DNA of 64,000 nucleotides, taken from positions 804 through 64,803 of the forward strand of contig JAQWAQ010000003.1 in the NCBI GenBank assembly GCA_028707635.1. The letters are read 5' to 3'. Positions within the stretch are counted from its first letter, which is position 1, and each line of letters opens with the position of its first letter. Positions 58,811-64,000 of the stretch are shown piece by piece. Under the pieces are notes generated by a model, which was not told the DNA's origin, made no database searches, and saw nothing but the letters and a program-made list of their open reading frames with translations. This DNA is from Negativicutes bacterium (lineage in GTDB: Bacteria; Bacillota; Negativicutes; JAAYSF01). A program made the translations under genes and the position numbers.

Positions 58811-59527
58811 CTACTGCGGTTGGACTACGAGCTTGGTGCGGCCGGTGGCGTCCATGGCTTTATCATCCATACGAATGGTTAGGGTCTCGCCTGTTAAGAT
58901 ATTTCCATCTTGGACAGCACGAGCATTGCCTGTCAGGACGGCCTTGCCTTGTCCACCTTCTTTTGTACCGTAATAAGTGGCATTGTCGGATACAGCATCA
59001 AGTTTACGTACATCGCTGACGATGTGAACATTGCCGTTACCAACGGCTTTGTCCTGCTCAATGAAGGCTTCAATCTGATCAGCTGTCATGAAACCGTCCG
59101 GCATAGTGAGGCGGGCTCCGCCGGGCACAACAGCATATTGCCTGTCTGAATAGTAATCAATTTTAGGTCCGGTGAGGGTATTATCACCCTTGACCAGGAC
59201 AGCACCACCTGTCGCACTCATGTGATTGTTGTCATAGGAGCGTACTTCTGCCGAGGTCAGGGTAGCATCTCCCTTGACGACCTTGACGCCTCCTGTCACA
59301 TAGGCCTCTCTGGTTTTTGTATTGTATTCGGCACTAGTTCCGGTCAGGACGGCGTCATCCTGAATCATCCTTACCCCGCCTTGTGCGGTCATAAGGCCGG
59401 TCGCCGAGTTATATTCAATCGTTTGGGCTGCCAATTCAACCGGTTTGTTCTGTTCGGCCTGCAGATTGGCTGCTGCGCCGAAGGTAATGAATACGGCGAT
59501 TAAGGCTGCGCTGATTTGTTTTTTCAC
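58811..59527 (-). CDS. lptA: LptA/OstA-family periplasmic protein
   Basis: Signal peptide, repeated beta-jellyroll strands, position between lptC and lptB. Confidence 0.8.
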   Translation of the reverse strand: MKKQISAALIAVFITFGAAANLQAEQNKPVELAAQTIEYNSATGLMTAQGGVRMIQDDAVLTGTSAEYNTKTREAYVTGGVKVVKGDATLTSAEVRSYDNNHMSATGGAVLVKGDNTLTGPKIDYYSDRQYAVVPGGARLTMPDGFMTADQIEAFIEQDKAVGNGNVHIVSDVRKLDAVSDNATYYGTKEGGQGKAVLTGNARAVQDGNILTGETLTIRMDDKAMDATGRTKLVVQPQ

Positions 59528-60072
59528 TTAGAAGCCCCTCCTTTTACTACCCGGGCATTGCCTTCTACTTTTACTTTTTCCATCTTGGCGTCACTTTCAA
59601 TGTTGTCACCAGTGATGACAGTATCATCTTTGGTTAAAACTACATCGCCTTTTCCGTAGAGATAGCGCTTCTTTCCTTCCCAGCGGGCTTCGCGGGCGGT
59701 AAAGGTGGACCCGTCACTAGATACGGCTTTAACATTACCGACCATCAAAATATCCTTTGTTTTGGTATCAAGATTGGCTTCAGGCGCCGTTATTTCAATA
59801 CTGCTGCCATCTTCTCTATAAAAAATGCCTTTGAGGTTGATCATTTTTACTGCACTGGTCTGCGGGTCAATCTCCGTTCGTTCGGAGTTCAGCTCCCACA
59901 GGCGTTTGCCATTATCTTCCTCAATAATCGAGTTGCCGATAAAAACAGGTTTGGTATCGTCGGTTTGGGCCGTTTCCGCCGGATTAGCCGGATCTTCTCT
60001 GGTAAAGTAGTACAGGCTTCCCAGCAACAGGATCATCACACAGGCAATAATTAAATATTTCTTATTCTTCAA
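59524..60072 (-). CDS. lptC: LPS export periplasmic protein LptC
   Basis: Single N-terminal TM plus jellyroll (WEL.SE, ITA.EA). Confidence 0.8.
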   Translation of the reverse strand: MKNKKYLIIACVMILLLGSLYYFTREDPANPAETAQTDDTKPVFIGNSIIEEDNGKRLWELNSERTEIDPQTSAVKMINLKGIFYREDGSSIEITAPEANLDTKTKDILMVGNVKAVSSDGSTFTAREARWEGKKRYLYGKGDVVLTKDDTVITGDNIESDAKMEKVKVEGNARVVKGGASK

Positions 60073-61013
60073 ACCTGCTCACCGATCCTCTCTTGCACGG
60101 TTGGGGAAGCTGGGCCGGTATACGCAATGCAGGAGTCCTCTTTAAACGGCGTATTCCAACGTTTTTGGAACCACAGCCATTGGTCAGGATACTGCCTAAT
60201 GGTGTCTTCGGTTATTTTCGTCATGCGCTCAGTGAGTTTGTGTAACGATTCTGGATCGCCGCCAATGTTCTCATAATAGAGCGGCGGATAGATCATAACA
60301 CGGTGCCCGCCTTCGGGGCGACGGACGATGAATACCGGTACAACAGGAGCTTTAAACTTCCGGGCAAAGACGGCCGGACCTAAGGGTGTAGACGCCATTT
60401 TGCCGAGAAACTTTAAAAACACTCCGCTATAGCCAGCATCCTGGTCGGCTAAAAAGCCAAGCACCTTGCCTTTTTTGAGGGCTTTGGCTGCTGCAATCAG
60501 TTCGGTGGTGCCGCGGGCAAAAATTTCGAGGCCCACCATTTCGCGATATTCATTCAAAATCCGGGTATGCTGATCATTGGGCTGGCGCTTAATGACGGTG
60601 GTCATTGGAAAACCATCCATCGCCAGGGCTGCCCCCAGCCATTCCCAGTTACCGACATGAGCGGTGAGAAAAACCACTCCATGCCCTTCGGCGACTGCGT
60701 CTTCCAGATAGTGACGATTTTCAATGGTAACATATTTTTTAATTTTTTCCGGAGTGAGTGATGGTATGTACATCACTTCTAAGAAGGTCTGGCCGAGATT
60801 GAGGAACAGCTTTTTAATGATCCGAGTGCCTTCAGCCGGCGATACACCGGTACTCTCGATCAACTGTGCGAGCGCGCGCCGTCTTTGCCGGGCAGCAATA
60901 TGATAATAGAGTTTGCCAAGCTGTCTGCCGAGAAATAAAACTGCTCGGTAGGGCAGCAAGCAAACGATTCGGCTAATTGTTTTGAGTAAATGGTATTGCC
61001 ATTCATTCGACAT
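60069..61013 (-). CDS. lpxL: lipid A late acyltransferase (LpxL/HtrB family)
   Basis: TAHVGNWE, FLADQD, DQWLWFQKRW; ATG 61013 with RBS AAAGGAGG. Confidence 0.88.
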   Translation of the reverse strand: MSNEWQYHLLKTISRIVCLLPYRAVLFLGRQLGKLYYHIAARQRRRALAQLIESTGVSPAEGTRIIKKLFLNLGQTFLEVMYIPSLTPEKIKKYVTIENRHYLEDAVAEGHGVVFLTAHVGNWEWLGAALAMDGFPMTTVIKRQPNDQHTRILNEYREMVGLEIFARGTTELIAAAKALKKGKVLGFLADQDAGYSGVFLKFLGKMASTPLGPAVFARKFKAPVVPVFIVRRPEGGHRVMIYPPLYYENIGGDPESLHKLTERMTKITEDTIRQYPDQWLWFQKRWNTPFKEDSCIAYTGPASPTVQERIGEQV

Positions 61014-61041
61014 GGCGGCGGGCCTCCTTTCAAGAACTATC

Positions 61042-61290
61042 GTCCTTTTGTCCATTGCCGCAAAAGGACCAAAACGGCTAGGCCTATCTTACAGAAGCCT
61101 TGAAAATTATCGAGGTACTTTTGGCATCGCCCCAAAAGTTACCAAAAGGGCTAGGCCTGTCTTGCAGTCGACTTGAAAAATTATCACGCTACTGGAAATC
61201 CGTAAACTCGCTGCGCTCAAACAACCGGATTTCTTAATCGTAACGTGCTGATTTTTCATCCTGCGGAACGTCTCCTTTCAGAATGGCCGG
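61042..61290. repeat. structured intergenic repeat, copy C (partial copy 61042-61112 plus full copy 61114-61290)
   Basis: Same core at 61196-61232. Confidence 0.92.
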
Positions 61291-61349
61291 TCAGGGACGA
61301 AATGCAGGTAAGTGACGGACGGTACGGGGGTACGGTTTTCTGGTTTCCC

Positions 61350-61394
61350 CCACTTTCCACTTTCCACTTTCCACTTTTTACTTTCCACTTTCTA
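61350..61394. repeat. heptamer tandem repeat (CCACTTT)x6
   Basis: ccacttt x4, ttacttt, ccacttt, then the kdsC stop codon. Confidence 0.85.
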
Positions 61395-61937
61395 CTGCCT
61401 TGTTTCTATAACTCCTGGCTTTGTGTAAAGGGTTATGACGTCCTCCCACTTGCCTTGGGCTTTTAGGATAAATTCTACTATTTCACGGACAGCGCCTTGG
61501 CCGCCTTCTCGGGTGGCTACGTAATGCGCCCGTTCTTTGACTTCGGATATGGCGTTAGCCGGAGCACAGCCAAACCCGACTTTCATAATGACGGCCAGAT
61601 CGTTGAGGTCATCGCCAACATAGCCGATTTCATCGAACTTGAGATTATGCTTTTCCGCAAGTTCGGTGAGGACTTCCACTTTGTCTTTGGCGGCCTGATA
61701 GATATCGCCGATATTTAGTTCGGCCCCGCGGAATTTCACCATTTCACTTTCACGTCCGGTAATGATGGCTGTTTTAAGACCAACCTTGTGAGCGGCCGAT
61801 ATCGCCATTCCGTCATGAGTATGGAATTGCTTCATAAGCTCACCCTCGCGACCGATGTAAATCTGACCGCTTGTTAAGACACCGTCAACGTCAAAAATGA
61901 TGAGTTTGATTTTAGCGGCACGAGTATTACAATCCAT
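61392..61937 (-). CDS. kdsC: KDO 8-phosphate phosphatase
   Basis: IFDVDGVLT, DG.AI, IITGR, VGDDLND, GG.GAVRE. Confidence 0.93.
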   Translation of the reverse strand: MDCNTRAAKIKLIIFDVDGVLTSGQIYIGREGELMKQFHTHDGMAISAAHKVGLKTAIITGRESEMVKFRGAELNIGDIYQAAKDKVEVLTELAEKHNLKFDEIGYVGDDLNDLAVIMKVGFGCAPANAISEVKERAHYVATREGGQGAVREIVEFILKAQGKWEDVITLYTKPGVIETRQ

Positions 61938-62911
61938 TATACCACCCCTTGACGTAATAAGTCAGTAAGGTGAATAATACCAATTGCTTTATTGTCCTTG
62001 TCCACAACCGGCAAAACAGTAATGGGGCGAGGTTTATTTTTCTCCATAATATTCAGCGCCTGCGCTGCCAGCTTATCTGCTGTAATGGTTCGCGGCGTTT
62101 TGGTCATGAGAGCACCTACTTGTCCGTCAAGGAATTCGTGCCCGGTTCTTTCCAGCCCGCGGCGAATATCACCATCAGTCAAAATACCCATTAAATTCCC
62201 TTGCTGGTCAATGACCGAGGTCACGCCCAAGCCTTTAGCGGTAATGACAAACAGCGCTTCTTTCACTGTTCGATCCGGGGTAATGACAGGGTTATCTTCA
62301 CCCGAATGCATGACGTTTGCAACTGTCAACAACAATTTGCGACCTAAGCTGCCGCCTGGATGGAAGAGGGCAAATTCTTCGGGTGTAAAGTTTTTGGTAC
62401 AGAGCAACGCTACCGCTAGCGCATCCCCCATGGCCAAGGTAGCCGTGGTGCTGGCTGTTGGGGCGAGTCCTAAGGGACAGGCTTCTTGCTCTACTTTGAC
62501 ATCTAAAAAAACATCGGCGTTTTGGACCAGTGTCGATTGTTCGCGGCCGCACATGGCAATCATCCTGGCTCCGATGCGTTTAATGGCTGGAATAATGCTA
62601 ACGACCTCACCGGTTTCGCCGCTGTTCGATATGGCCAATACAATATCATCACTTGTTACCATGCCTAAGTCACCATGAATGGCTTCAGCCGGATGCAGAA
62701 AAAAGGCCGGGGTGCCGGTACTTGCTAACGTAGCGGCAATCTTCCGGCCGACATGGCCTGATTTTCCCATACCGGTGACAATAACACGGCCCTTGCCTTC
62801 CATCACCATGGTGACAGCGGCGGTAAACTGGCCGTTTATCCGAGGAATGAGGCTTTCGATGGCCTCTGCTTCCATTTTAAGAACTGTACGAGCTTGTTCT
62901 ATGATTGTCAT
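61937..62911 (-). CDS. kdsD: arabinose 5-phosphate isomerase (KpsF/GutQ)
   Basis: GMGKSGHVG, HPAEAIHGDLG, LAPTASTT, FHPGGSLG, tandem CBS domains; ATG 62911 with RBS AAGGAGG. Confidence 0.93.
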   Translation of the reverse strand: MTIIEQARTVLKMEAEAIESLIPRINGQFTAAVTMVMEGKGRVIVTGMGKSGHVGRKIAATLASTGTPAFFLHPAEAIHGDLGMVTSDDIVLAISNSGETGEVVSIIPAIKRIGARMIAMCGREQSTLVQNADVFLDVKVEQEACPLGLAPTASTTATLAMGDALAVALLCTKNFTPEEFALFHPGGSLGRKLLLTVANVMHSGEDNPVITPDRTVKEALFVITAKGLGVTSVIDQQGNLMGILTDGDIRRGLERTGHEFLDGQVGALMTKTPRTITADKLAAQALNIMEKNKPRPITVLPVVDKDNKAIGIIHLTDLLRQGVV

Positions 62912-62951
62912 AGGAGACCTCCTTAACTGGGAAAGTGGTAATGGGTAAACT

Positions 62952-63178
62952 GTCCTTTTGTCCATTGCCGCAAAAGGACCAAAACGGCTAGGCCGGTCTT
63001 ACAGAAGACTTAAAAAATCCGCCCGTACTGAAAATCCGTAAACTCGCTGCGCTCAAACAACCGGATTTTTTAACCGTATCGCGCTGATTTTTCATCCTGC
63101 GGAACGTCTTCTTTCAGAATGGCCGATGGGAACGGGGAACGTAACCTCGTTTCAGCTGAGCTGAAACATCGGGGGGAA
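62952..63178. repeat. structured intergenic repeat, copy D (with accessory hairpin at 63146-63178)
   Basis: Same core at 63032-63068. Confidence 0.92.
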
Positions 63179-63190
63179 GATGGCCAGAGT

Positions 63191-64000
63191 CTATTTATGT
63201 TTTCTTACTACGTTATCGATAGCTAAAACGTCTTTTAATAAATCTTCGAGTTTGTCCACATAGAGCATGTTAGGGCCGTCGCAAAGGGCTTCTTCAGGGT
63301 TGTCATGAACTTCCATGAAGAGGGCATCGATACCGACAGCAACAGCGGCGCGAGTGAGATATTCTACGAACTCTCTTTGTCCGGTTGATGCAGTTCCAGC
63401 GCCGCCTGGCAGCTGAACGCTGTGCGTCGCATCAAAAACAATGGGGTAGCCGAGGGAACGCATAATGGCTAAGCCGCGCATATCGACAACAAGGTTATTG
63501 TAGCCGAAACTGGCGCCGCGTTCGGTCAGCAGGATATTCTCATTGCCTGCTTCGCGGATTTTATTAATTACATTTTTCATATCATTCGGGGCCATGAACT
63601 GGCCTTTTTTTACATTGACAGGTTTGCCAGTCTGCGCGGCTGTGTAGACCAGGTCGGTCTGCCGGGATAAGAATGCTGGAATCTGCAAAATGTCAAGGAC
63701 TTCAACTGCTGGTGTAATCTGATTAATGCAGTGAATATCACTGACAACCGGAACACCTAATTCGGCTTTTATTTTTTTCAAAATCGTCAGTCCTTCTTCC
63801 AAGCCTGGACCACGGAAAGAAGTAAAGGACGAACGGTTGGCTTTATCAAAAGATGCTTTAAAAATGTAGGGAACGCCAAGCCTGTCAGCGATGGCTTTGA
63901 TGGCCCGGCCGATTTTAAGCGAACGGTCATAACCTTCAATGACACAAGGTCCGGCAATTAATACTAGCGGCTGCTTGCCGCCAACTTCAATTGAGTTTAT
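63191..64000 (-). CDS. kdsA: 3-deoxy-8-phosphooctulonate synthase, 5' end outside the window
   Basis: Open frame to the window edge: [56 protein letters not shown]. Confidence 0.95.
   Translation of the reverse strand: MNSIEVGGKQPLVLIAGPCVIEGYDRSLKIGRAIKAIADRLGVPYIFKASFDKANRSSFTSFRGPGLEEGLTILKKIKAELGVPVVSDIHCINQITPAVEVLDILQIPAFLSRQTDLVYTAAQTGKPVNVKKGQFMAPNDMKNVINKIREAGNENILLTERGASFGYNNLVVDMRGLAIMRSLGYPIVFDATHSVQLPGGAGTASTGQREFVEYLTRAAVAVGIDALFMEVHDNPEEALCDGPNMLYVDKLEDLLKDVLAIDNVVRKHK

Noticed and set aside
54979-63178. CRISPR array or TwoAYGGAY/CsrA-sponge RNA
   Set aside because: Copies are kilobases apart with genes between them and no cas genes; only one AYGGAY lies in a loop, and it is missing in copy A
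1-64000. Remaining short ORFs in the track overlapping annotated genes
   Set aside because: Alternate-frame or antisense shadows of well-supported CDSs; no tRNA or rRNA-like sequence was seen

Overview
Cell-envelope locus of a diderm Firmicute (Negativicutes; a Sporomusaceae-like host is an inference from gene content). Almost all genes are on the minus strand. From left to right: a partial ABC-F gene; a divergent ComK-like gene with a LexA-type box; a DegU-like regulator; sugar-nucleotide genes (pgi, galE, galU, manB, manC); a type II TA pair with a damaged toxin; decayed ugd and UDP-glucuronate epimerase genes; two different IS21-family remnants bracketing an FkbH / methyltransferase / VOC / ACP / MBOAT / SGNH acylation cassette; an AT-rich Wzy-type O-antigen cluster (diNAcBac pathway PglF/E/C/D, WecC-like, heparinase-like, Wzz, MurJ-like flippase); LPS core genes (WaaL-like, LTA-synthase-like, GT2/GT4/GT9, RfaE1/E2); and the Negativicutes outer-membrane cluster (lptD, three porins including two SLH-OmpM, DUF3084, lptF/G, lptB, lptA, lptC, lpxL, kdsC, kdsD, partial kdsA). 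I found no rRNA, tRNA or CRISPR array. The strongest leads are: (1) a Dlt-like glyceryl-ACP glycan-acylation system with tailoring enzymes; (2) at least 10 sigma-H-type promoters in front of LPS and outer-membrane genes; (3) a covarying ~175-nt structured repeat inserted four times in the kds-lpt operon; (4) an SOS-boxed ComK homolog; (5) a structured leader RNA at ~9112-9260. All identifications come from reading sequence and motifs; no database searches were run.
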